From: Candidatus Bathyarchaeota archaeon
GTDB taxonomy: Archaea; Thermoproteota; Bathyarchaeia; Bathyarchaeales; Bathycorpusculaceae
Length of the DNA: 64,000 nucleotides
Direction: 5' to 3'
Assembly (NCBI GenBank): GCA_963827165.1
Contig: CAWGZR010000011.1
Span: 32,001-96,000, forward strand
In this document: positions 28,588 to 37,341 of the stretch, piece after piece
Layout: each line of letters starts with the position of its first letter
Numbering within the stretch: position 1 is the first letter of the stretch
Made by a program: the position numbers and the translations under genes
Notes under the pieces: generated by a model
The model's input: only the letters and a program-made list of their open reading frames with translations
The model's database searches: none
Told to the model about the DNA's origin: nothing

Positions 28588-29836
28588 TTACAAGTTTCCT
28601 CCGCTTAGCAGTGTCTGCACTTGGTCGCTTGTTAAGTCGTAGTGGTAGAATTGTGAGTAGAATTGCGTGACTTGCTGCGCTAAGGTTCAAGTCTGTAGTC
28701 AAGCTTGGGTAGAGTGTGTGCACCATCCAGTACATGCCCAGAATCTGACCTGGACCTGGTGGTCCGTCATCCCATGACCAAGGATTATCAGGCCTGATGT
28801 AGACTTGACCGTTCTGAACTGCACTGAGTTGCTGCCATTGTGTGCTGTTCACTATCGTGCTATAAAGCGTTGATTGACTGCCGCGCCCTATGATAATCAC
28901 TTGTGGGTTCCATTGGTAGATAGCATCCAACGAAGTTGTCGCCATGCCGTAACCAGGTAGCAATGTAACGTTAGCTACATTGATGCCACCGCAGAAAGAT
29001 ACGAGCATTGTGTGCATTGAACCAGCAGGGTCAGTGTTGAGTCCAGCTGAGCCTTCAGCATAGTAGACGGTTACTCTGTTGTTCATTTGGATGTTGTAGA
29101 CTTTTTGAGTCACATAGTTCATAGCGGTTTGATAGAAGTTTATGAGACTCTGGGCTTGCGTCTGTACGCCTAGTAGATTGCCTATAAACTGGATTTCAGG
29201 CGTGTATTGGGTCAAGTAATCGCCGGCATTGCATCCCACTACTGGAACGGTTCCGAACTGCTGCTGCATCGCGTCAAGTGTAGCGTTTGTGCTGTCTGTG
29301 CCGTCTAAAATTATTTGTGGGTTCTCTTCGAGGAATTGCTCAATGTTCCCTGTGTTTGTGCCGTACCATCCGCCGATAACTGGTGTGTTGGCGTATTGAG
29401 ATGGTACAAACGCTGGGTTGCCATTGTAAGAGAATGGTATGCCGACTAAGTCCTGTGGGGCGAGCATATAGACTATCTCAGCTTCGATTGGGCTTGTGCA
29501 CTCTACCCGTGTAATTGTGTAGGGGACAGTTACAGTTCTATTGTACATGTCAACAACAGTCTGAGAGGTGGGAGTAGGTGTCGGGGTTGGAGCTGGTGTG
29601 GGGGCTGCTGTTGGAGTTGGCGATGGAGAACTTTTAGGTTTCGGAGACGGAGATGGAGAAGCTGTTGCTGTTGGGGTAGGCGAAGGTGAACTTGTTGCAG
29701 CTGGAGTAGGCGTCGATGCTGGCGAATTTGCTTTTAAGTAGTTAGGAACTGCCAGAGCTCCTACTAGTATAACAACGACGAGCAAAATCGCGACGGCTAC
29801 AATTATAATTCTATTTTTTTTAGCTTTGAATCCCAT
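28588..29836 (-). CDS. ABC substrate-binding protein (Peripla_BP_2 type) with P/T/S linker; +1 frameshift near 28676
   Basis: N-terminal TM, PT linker, WNPQVII, WDDGPPGP; natural-looking end QVTQFYSQFYHYDLTSDQVQTLL lies in the shifted frame with TAA at 28588. Confidence 0.85.
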
Positions 29837-29893
29837 TTATTATCCCTTTCATATAGCTTTGGAGAAAAAAGCCAAGTTGTCCTATAAGCCTTG

Positions 29894-29911
29894 GTAAACC
29901 GATTCGCTTAC
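29894..29911. promoter_or_regulatory. GTAARC-N6-GYTTAC box upstream of the ABC operon
   Basis: GTAAAC-CGATTC-GCTTAC, 5 nt upstream of CTTATA on the minus strand. Confidence 0.6.
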
Positions 29912-30022
29912 ACTTTGGCTGGGGCATTTAGGAACTATTGACTTAAACCTGAAAATTGAAGCAATTCTCGAATTGAACCTGTTTTTGAAAGACCTAAAAA
30001 TGCTTTGGTTTAAAAAGGGAAA

Positions 30023-30682
30023 TTAAATGCTTTGATAGTATGCGCCTTTCAGGCAAGACCTACACAAAAGCTTGTCGCTTTGTACAACACCCATTCCTCC
30101 CATGATTTCTTCGCTACATATTGAGCAGCGGGTTGAGGGTTCCATCCTTGAGGAAATAAGTGGGCTATCCCACGTTACCTTGACCGCTTGGAAGTCAAAC
30201 AACTCTTCCATCGTCATCTTCATGAAAGCGTTCATTAGTATCTGCCTTTCAAGCCTAGACATTGGTTCCACTTTTTCACCAGCTTTTATTAGGTTATCCT
30301 TAACAGCAAGGTCTAAGGCGAGAGCGTTTAGATCTTTCTTTGACACTACCCTATACCCCTTCCCTGTTCTGGCATCAACAAAAGAGGCGGCTGACTTGCC
30401 ATAATACAACATTTTAAGCTTTCGGCTTCCAGCACTACACCCTGTGGCAACCTGTATGCCATCTGCAGGACACTTATCGTTCTCTACGAACACCACAAGG
30501 TACTCTCTTTTCTCTTCCTCAGTCATGTTAAGAAGTTTAAGACCCATTTGTGCCATCTTTATTCCTAATGGTAAACCTAAACAACGGTGACCTCTTAGGT
30601 CAGTTGCTTTTTGGAGTAGGCCCTCGAAATCCTCAATATTTATTGCCGGTTCCATGTGGTGATCTTTTTCTTGGGAATGCAA
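30023..30682 (-). CDS. Second FmdE family protein
   Basis: RGHRCLG, KCPADGIQVATGCS.G, CSIC...CRSC. Confidence 0.88.
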   Translation of the reverse strand: MHSQEKDHHMEPAINIEDFEGLLQKATDLRGHRCLGLPLGIKMAQMGLKLLNMTEEEKREYLVVFVENDKCPADGIQVATGCSAGSRKLKMLYYGKSAASFVDARTGKGYRVVSKKDLNALALDLAVKDNLIKAGEKVEPMSRLERQILMNAFMKMTMEELFDFQAVKVTWDSPLISSRMEPSTRCSICSEEIMGGMGVVQSDKLLCRSCLKGAYYQSI

Positions 30683-30737
30683 ATTGTGAACTTCCTTTTT
30701 TGATTCACGCCTACCCTTAATGCGTTTATAAGTTTTC

Positions 30738-30755
30738 GTAAGCTAAGCTGTTTAC
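30738..30755. promoter_or_regulatory. GTAARC-N6-GYTTAC box upstream of the second fmdE
   Basis: GTAAGC-TAAGCT-GTTTAC, 5 nt upstream of CTTATA on the minus strand. Confidence 0.6.
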
Positions 30756-30807
30756 TAATATTTCACAAAACAAAATGCTTTCAAGCGACAAAACGCCGTG
30801 AGAGAGT

Positions 30808-31209
30808 TTAATGTACCGATATTCTTCCATCCGACTTAATCTCGACAGCTATTGGAGAAATCAAGTAATGGTTTCTTATCTTTCCCTTGGACGTAACTAG
30901 GGAAAATATGCCGTGGGCATCATTTTTCAGTTTTACGCCCAGAAAATCTGCCCTTAAACATATCAAATGGGGAATATCATAAATCGAAGTACGCGTCGGG
31001 ATCATGATTAAGCCATCTTCGTTAAGCAACTCGAACGTCTCGATTGTCGATTGTGCTATCTCGATGGCGTGGTATGCATTCCGCTCAATGATACTTACGT
31101 TTTCTCTGCTGGTTCCAATCAGCTTAGCCACTTTTTCCTGTGTAAATCCACGTTTTCTCAATTGCAAAACCTTAATCTGACGAGTGGTTAGGCAGGTTCG
31201 TCTCCTCAT
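30808..31209 (-). CDS. tfx: Tfx family DNA-binding protein
   Basis: LTTRQIKVLQLRKRGFTQEKVAKLIGTSRENVSIIERNA...IP..I...AD..GVK. Confidence 0.85.
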   Translation of the reverse strand: MRRRTCLTTRQIKVLQLRKRGFTQEKVAKLIGTSRENVSIIERNAYHAIEIAQSTIETFELLNEDGLIMIPTRTSIYDIPHLICLRADFLGVKLKNDAHGIFSLVTSKGKIRNHYLISPIAVEIKSDGRISVH

Positions 31210-31214
31210 TTAGT

Positions 31215-31775
31215 TCACGCGCTTTTCCAGAGCTTAGCGGAAAGGGATGCTTCAGGGTGCCAATTGTATTTGCCGTGTCTCGACAGCGTATTTAGCTGCA
31301 AAGAAGTTGGCGATGAATTGCACTCTTTGGACGCCTTCGGGATTTGCTCGGCTTCTAAGTATTTTCGGATTATTTTTTTAGTGGTGTAAGATAAGCTCAC
31401 GTTGGCGTCTTTTATGTAAGCAACATGTTTGATTTCATTTTTCGGCTCGGGAACACCTGAAACTCTCATCAGATATACTTTATGGGCGTCTCTGAAGAAA
31501 CCACCTTTTATGTCCCTTTGAATACGACCGTTACAATCAAAAAGGTATGAACATTCATCGGCTTTCAGTCCAGTTTCCTCCTCCAACTCTCTAAGAGCAG
31601 CGACTTTCCAGCTTTCGCCGTCTTTTGCGGCGCCTCCGGGCAAACAATATGTTTTGCCTCCTTCACTTACAACCAATATTCCCTTCGTTGTTTCCACTAT
31701 GGCAGTTCCTCTTCGTCGCTTTCGAATTAAGCGCAGATATCGAATCCATCTTGGTTTCTTTTGTGTTTTTTTCAA
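31215..31775 (-). CDS. NUDIX hydrolase
   Basis: Nudix box GGAAKDGESWKVAALRELEEETG. Confidence 0.88.
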   Translation of the reverse strand: MKKTQKKPRWIRYLRLIRKRRRGTAIVETTKGILVVSEGGKTYCLPGGAAKDGESWKVAALRELEEETGLKADECSYLFDCNGRIQRDIKGGFFRDAHKVYLMRVSGVPEPKNEIKHVAYIKDANVSLSYTTKKIIRKYLEAEQIPKASKECNSSPTSLQLNTLSRHGKYNWHPEASLSAKLWKSA

Positions 31776-32077
31776 CAGCCCACCTATCTCTCCCGCTCGA
31801 TATTATCAGCCAGTAACATCGGCAAATAAGTTTTGCGGTTAACTTGGGAAAAATCCTATGTAAAAGCATCCAATCGGTCCTCAGGCCTTCTACAATTCCC
31901 GTCGGGCTCGCTAATCTCTTCACGATTTTTTTCAGGATTTACGTTAAATACTCTAAAGTATTCACGATAATTTCTGTGTAGGTAAAAAGGGCTGATGAAA
32001 ATAAAAGAAAAATAGTTGGCTCCATTTCGGGGGGAGCTGATTTTTGAACGATTGTGTCTGGGCACTCAGCGCTGCGG

Positions 32078-33760
32078 TTATGGGTTTCTATTTGCCCATT
32101 GTTTTCTCATTTCTGCAAGGGCTTTTTGATCGAGATAGTATTTGCCGTTGACTTCTTGGAAAACTTTTGTTTGCCCTGCACGTCTCTCCATGAAATCTTC
32201 AAATCTCGGCGGTAGACCTAGTTGCTCTGCGGTCATGGCTTTTTCTGGGTTAGTTGCTCCTTTCTGCTGGAATGTGCTGACAAGTCGACGGAAGCGTTCT
32301 GCGCGTTCTTGCTGGGTAAGGGGTTGTTGTTGAGTGGTTTGAGTTTGAGGCGGTGGCATCTGGGTATTTGATCCTGAAATAACGTTTGACGCGCTGGAGG
32401 CACCTTTGTTTTCATTTTCTGAGCTACTTGCATCGTCATCTTTTTTTGGCGTCGTTGAAATGCTCGCGCTGGAATAGCTGGCTGAGCCTCCTGCAGATCC
32501 TGTTGATCCAGTTTTTCCTCGAGTAAACTTGAAACCAACTATGCCGACCACAACTATGACTGCCACCACTCCAATAATGATGAATAGAAAGCTGTTTGTC
32601 CCTGATGAAGGTGCAGGTGACGAGGTTGATGCTGTTGTTGGAGTTGCGGAAGTAGCTGGGGTTGAGGAAGTAGAGGCGCTTGGGCTGGGGGAAGTTGCGC
32701 TAAATGAATCGGATAGATATGAAACTGCATTAGAGCCGCTGTCAACTACGAATATCTCGCCTTTGACAGAATCATAAGCTAAGCCTATTGGGAGAGGACC
32801 AAAACTTTCTCCACCTATAGGTAACTGCGCCAAGGGCGCCGTTGCGATTACATCATTATTGCTATCTGATATAACAAAGACGGATGCACCTGCACTGCTA
32901 GTTTCGAATATGTCACCCGTGGCAGAATCATAAACAACGTCTGTGGGGTCTCCTGTATAACCAGATCCAAAGGCTATAGTTTTCACCACATCATTGGTTT
33001 TGTCTGAGAGAACCGTGACTGAGGCGGAATCATAGTTGGCGATGAATATCTCGCCTTTGGTAGAATCATATACTAAGCCTTCAGGAGCGCTTCCCCCATT
33101 TACGGTTGCAACCACTTTATTGTCAGTGTCCGATATGACCGATACGTCGTTGCCGCTTGATAATTCATTGGATACGAATATCTCACTTTTAGAGGAGTCA
33201 TAAACCAGACCAAGTGGTCCGGCACCCACATTTATCGTTGCAACAACGGTGTTGCTGCTGTCTGATATGACTGAGACGGTGTCTATGGTTGAAGCCACTG
33301 AACCGTCATAATTGGAGTTAGCCACGAATATTTCGCCTTTGCCAGCATCATAAGCTATACCTTCGGGACCGATTCCCACAGTGATAGTTTGGATCACGGT
33401 GTTAGAGCTGTCCGATATGACGGCTACTGAACCGTTGTTTGTGCCGTCGCCTTCATTAGTTACGAATAGCTCGCCCTTGCTTGCATCGTAAGCGATGCCG
33501 GTGGGGTATTGTCCGACTCCGCTAATTGTTTGAATTACCGAATTAGAGCTGTCGGATATAACTGAGACTGAGCCGTCGCCTTGGTTGGTAACGAATATTT
33601 CGCCCTTGACGGAATCATAAGCTGCATATTCCGGACTGCTTCCCACAGTTATTGTGGGCGGTATCGAAAGCTGTGTAATGGCGTGAACCATACTTGCTGA
33701 TGACAAAACAAAAATCGTAATGAATACGATACTTAAAGCCTTCCAAATTTTGTTTTTCAT
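32078..33760 (-). CDS. YncE/YVTN beta-propeller membrane protein with cytoplasmic C-terminal domain
   Basis: Signal peptide, about 7 repeats YDxxKGEIFVxN...VSVISD, S/T/P linker, TM helix, Q-rich linker, globular C-terminus. Confidence 0.85.
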   Translation of the reverse strand: MKNKIWKALSIVFITIFVLSSASMVHAITQLSIPPTITVGSSPEYAAYDSVKGEIFVTNQGDGSVSVISDSSNSVIQTISGVGQYPTGIAYDASKGELFVTNEGDGTNNGSVAVISDSSNTVIQTITVGIGPEGIAYDAGKGEIFVANSNYDGSVASTIDTVSVISDSSNTVVATINVGAGPLGLVYDSSKSEIFVSNELSSGNDVSVISDTDNKVVATVNGGSAPEGLVYDSTKGEIFIANYDSASVTVLSDKTNDVVKTIAFGSGYTGDPTDVVYDSATGDIFETSSAGASVFVISDSNNDVIATAPLAQLPIGGESFGPLPIGLAYDSVKGEIFVVDSGSNAVSYLSDSFSATSPSPSASTSSTPATSATPTTASTSSPAPSSGTNSFLFIIIGVVAVIVVVGIVGFKFTRGKTGSTGSAGGSASYSSASISTTPKKDDDASSSENENKGASSASNVISGSNTQMPPPQTQTTQQQPLTQQERAERFRRLVSTFQQKGATNPEKAMTAEQLGLPPRFEDFMERRAGQTKVFQEVNGKYYLDQKALAEMRKQWANRNP

Positions 33761-33926
33761 AAATTCTCCTTCCTCCAAACTTCTTAAAGCACCAAGTCTC
33801 ATATTAAATTTAAAACTTCCGATTGCTCGCTTGACTTACAGTCGACCAATAGGGCGACTTCTTTGAATGCTTAAAATCTTTATTGGACGCTGAGTAACTA
33901 CAAAAGAGCTAATCTTGTTTTGCTTT

Positions 33927-34856
33927 TTACAGTTTACGTGGCTTTGGCGGTTGATTTTTCGACTTGTCCGGGTTTGTTTTGGTTTCCGTGTTTAGAAGTT
34001 GCTTTAAACGCCAAACTAGCACATCTCGATCGTTAGGTTGCTGTTGCATCCACATTTCACGGTATTCCCTAAATTGTTGCCCAGTGATTTTTCCTTTCGA
34101 TTGCAAGTCACCTAGCAACTTCACGAATCCTCTAAGTTCTATCTGCTCGTTAGTTTCCACATTTGCAGTTTTTCTTGTGTTTGTTTCGGTTGCGGCTGGT
34201 TCTCTGTCTGGTGGCGGATAGGTCTGGTATAGGAAACGGGCGAAATACGAGATTTCCCACGACTTCGTGGTGGGCAAGCTGTCTTTAGCTTTTAGTAACT
34301 CAGCGGTAAAGTGTGCGTATTCTGCTCCAACAGAGTAAAATTTGGTTACGCTGCTTTTGGTTTCAACTACGCGGTTAACGAAATGCCTTAAATGCGGCGT
34401 ACTAAAGATTGGGACTACCGCCGCGCTTTCATAGTTGAAGCAAAATATGATTTTTTTGGCTAATTGTTTATCGTTTCCTAAGCCGTTTATTTGCTCCCAA
34501 GGAGCATCCACTTTTTGAGCTAAAGATTTGTTCTTATCAACTGAGGTACGGAGCAGATTCTTGAAATCGCCCAGTTGCAGTCTGATATTTCGGTAAACGT
34601 TGGAGCTCTGGATTGTTAGGTGCCCGATTGGATCGAGGGAATATACTAAGTAACGGAAGAATTCGCCAGTTTCATTTGAATCAGGCTTGAAGATTTGGTC
34701 AGGGTCTAGCCAATCTATTGATCTAATGTTTTCCGTGAAAGGAAATCTACTTCTGAATTCCTTAAGGGTCCCAACCGCGTTATTTACTTCCCGTTTCACT
34801 AACCCGTTTTTGTCGTAAGCATTTGCCTGTTCAAGCATTGAATTACTTCGAGACAT
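33927..34856 (-). CDS. Hypothetical protein
   Basis: 309-aa ORF; no family recognised. Confidence 0.7.
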   Translation of the reverse strand: MSRSNSMLEQANAYDKNGLVKREVNNAVGTLKEFRSRFPFTENIRSIDWLDPDQIFKPDSNETGEFFRYLVYSLDPIGHLTIQSSNVYRNIRLQLGDFKNLLRTSVDKNKSLAQKVDAPWEQINGLGNDKQLAKKIIFCFNYESAAVVPIFSTPHLRHFVNRVVETKSSVTKFYSVGAEYAHFTAELLKAKDSLPTTKSWEISYFARFLYQTYPPPDREPAATETNTRKTANVETNEQIELRGFVKLLGDLQSKGKITGQQFREYREMWMQQQPNDRDVLVWRLKQLLNTETKTNPDKSKNQPPKPRKL

Positions 34857-35030
34857 TTTCAGCCGTAAATGTATTGCAAATTGGCTAATAAGAACATTGC
34901 AGCCTTTGCAGAAACAATTACTCTTACAAGAGGATTAAATTCGCGGTAGCATTCGAAAAGACAGAAAATCTATTATCTGATCGTTTTTTGTTAGGCAATC
35001 ACATGCAAATTTGAGCTCGATTTAAGAGTT

Positions 35031-35621
35031 TTAGCAGTATTTTTCAATTAAACGCCTGATAGGATTTAAGAATGGTGGAATTATCCAGAGTATGAACCGC
35101 AAGGGATAGCCGTTTCCAATTGGTACCAACAAAGTCCAAAAGATAGGTAAGGCTGAAATTAAAAAGATCACAGTGCCTACGATTTCCATATTTCTAAGCA
35201 GTTTGAAATGGCGGACCATTAACTTTGAAGTTTCTTTATTTGCCACGACGGAGTGGGAGAGGAACGCAAGGGCTAAAAATAGTCCGCCTAGATCAAAAGC
35301 GTATATTACTGAGCCATTCTGAACCAGTGACGTGCCTGAGTGCAGCATCTCGTTGAATAGAAAAGGCTCGATGGAAACCAAAAAGAGCAAAACAATGTTC
35401 AGGTTCACTGCTACTTGTTTTTCAACGTGCATATAATTCATTGTCTGGGTGTATGAATACCAAACTCTGATCAATATGAAGAAACTAAAACCATAATAAA
35501 CTATGTCGTAGAGCAACTGGTCAAAACTGCTTGGCATCTGCCCGATCAATGTAAGAGCGCCTATGGAGAGGGCCAACCCAAAAATCAAGTCGGAGAGACT
35601 TTCTAAACGTGATTTCGGCAT
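35031..35621 (-). CDS. TMEM175 family potassium channel
   Basis: RLESLSDLIFGLALSI matches the RxxxFSD signature; about 6 TM. Confidence 0.8.
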   Translation of the reverse strand: MPKSRLESLSDLIFGLALSIGALTLIGQMPSSFDQLLYDIVYYGFSFFILIRVWYSYTQTMNYMHVEKQVAVNLNIVLLFLVSIEPFLFNEMLHSGTSLVQNGSVIYAFDLGGLFLALAFLSHSVVANKETSKLMVRHFKLLRNMEIVGTVIFLISALPIFWTLLVPIGNGYPLRFILWIIPPFLNPIRRLIEKYC

Positions 35622-35730
35622 CAACCTTTCTTTTTCTTCCGCCACGCAATTAACCCCGAGCTTGCTCATGTTGTTTTAGGAAGAATACGGATTTAAGCAT
35701 TCAAACGGGGATGAAAGCCAAAACAGACGC

Positions 35731-37341
35731 TTATTTTTTTGCTTGCTTGAATTCTTCTCTTGTCTTCATTTGCCGCCGCTTCAGGTTGTAACTTAGCGAA
35801 AAGTCGTGCGCAGCGTCACGGATTTTTCTTAACAGCAGCATCATACGGCTGTTCTTGTCAAAGACTTTTGGCGTTGATTCGTCAGGTAAATAGATCTCTT
35901 CATGCTCCTTCGCCAACCCAATCACTGGAACTTTCAAGCCAAGGGTTTGCAGAGCTGCCTTTGCTGCGCTAACTTGGCCCGGTCCGCCGTCGATTAGCAC
36001 CAAGTCGGGCAGCGGCGTTTTTTCTTCAACCAAACGTTTGTATCTGCGAGCCACAACCTCGTTGACGGCGGCGAAGTCGTCTTGCCCAACGAAAGTTTTG
36101 ATTTTGAATCGTCGATAATTTTTCTTGTCAGGTTTAGCATCTTTGAAACTGACCATGCCCGAAACAACATGTTCCTGTCCCAAGTTGGAGACATCGAAAC
36201 ATTCGATTACCCGTGGCAAGGTTGGGAGACTCAGCTCGGTTTGCAAATCAAACAGGGCGCTGTCAACTTCCAATGTGGACTCAAGATTTTTCTCTGCCAA
36301 CTGAACGAGCGCGAGCTTGTCGGCTTTTCTAGGCAAAACCAATGAGACTGGCCCACCCCTTTTTTCTGTCAGGAATTCTTCAAGAACCTTTTTTTCTTCG
36401 GGCTCTTGCCAGCACGGCTTGTTCAAGAGGATTTCTCGGGGGATTCTATTGCTTGCGTAGTATGCCTTGAGGAATTCTTCTTCAACTTGGGGCTGAAGGT
36501 CGACAGTGAACTGTTTTTTCCCTAGCAAAACTCCTCTTCTGACTCCCATTTGAACAGCGCGCATTTTGTCGCCAACTCGCTTGAAAGCCAAAATGTCTTG
36601 GTCGAACCTTCGTTCATTGTCAACGATTTGGCGTTCAGTTACGAGCCTGATGGAATCGATTTGGTTGCGCAGGTCAATGGCGGTTTCATATTTCTGTTTT
36701 ATAGAGGCTTGCTGCATTTGAGCGGTAAGCTCCTTGATTGTTTGCAGATAGTTCCCGTTCAAGAATGACCTTGCACCGGCGATTTGCTCTGCGTATTCCT
36801 CAACCGTGACTTTTCCCACACATGGCGCGGTACAGAGGTGGATATGGTAGTTAAGACAAGCGCGTTTATGTATTGTTTTGCATGTCCGTAGCTTGAATAC
36901 TCGTTGAACCAAGCGTTGCAAATCCTGCCGAATGAAGCCTTCAGTGTAGGGTCCGAATGATTCGAGTTTTCGTCCGACTTTTCGGCTGGTAAGTATCCTC
37001 GGGTAAGGATCCCGCGTAAGAGAAATGTACGCGAATGTTTTGTCGTCCTTAAGGTCAATGTTGTACTTGGGCGAATGCTGCTTAACCAGCTTATTTTCCA
37101 AGAGTAGCGCTTCAACTTCGTTATTCACAATTATCCAGTCGATGCCGCGGATTCGGAGAACCAACTGCCTTGTTTTCGCAGGTTGGTCCTTGTGTAGAAA
37201 GTAGCTTTTGACTCGGGAACGCAGGTTTTTGGCTTTGCCTATGTAGAGGATTTCGCCTGCTTCATCTTTGTAAAGATAAACGCCTGGATTAGTGGGAATG
37301 TCGCTACTTTTGAATTCTGACGGATTAGCTAATTGAATCAT
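35731..37341 (-). CDS. uvrC: Excinuclease ABC subunit C (no C-terminal HhH)
   Basis: GIY-YIG PGVYLY...YIGKAKNLRSRVKSYF; ECFDVS, LIDGG.GQ. Confidence 0.95.
   Translation of the reverse strand: MIQLANPSEFKSSDIPTNPGVYLYKDEAGEILYIGKAKNLRSRVKSYFLHKDQPAKTRQLVLRIRGIDWIIVNNEVEALLLENKLVKQHSPKYNIDLKDDKTFAYISLTRDPYPRILTSRKVGRKLESFGPYTEGFIRQDLQRLVQRVFKLRTCKTIHKRACLNYHIHLCTAPCVGKVTVEEYAEQIAGARSFLNGNYLQTIKELTAQMQQASIKQKYETAIDLRNQIDSIRLVTERQIVDNERRFDQDILAFKRVGDKMRAVQMGVRRGVLLGKKQFTVDLQPQVEEEFLKAYYASNRIPREILLNKPCWQEPEEKKVLEEFLTEKRGGPVSLVLPRKADKLALVQLAEKNLESTLEVDSALFDLQTELSLPTLPRVIECFDVSNLGQEHVVSGMVSFKDAKPDKKNYRRFKIKTFVGQDDFAAVNEVVARRYKRLVEEKTPLPDLVLIDGGPGQVSAAKAALQTLGLKVPVIGLAKEHEEIYLPDESTPKVFDKNSRMMLLLRKIRDAAHDFSLSYNLKRRQMKTREEFKQAKK

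Noticed and set aside
28550-28680. Hydrophobic C-terminal anchor on the ABC binding protein as given in the ORF track
   Set aside because: Artefact of a +1 indel; the family-like terminus is in the other frame
29565-29725. Repetitive GGAGTAGG/GGGGT tract
   Set aside because: Encodes the Pro/Thr/Ser linker; not a CRISPR array or DNA-level repeat
32700-33650. Periodic repeats of about 130 bp
   Set aside because: Explained by beta-propeller blades
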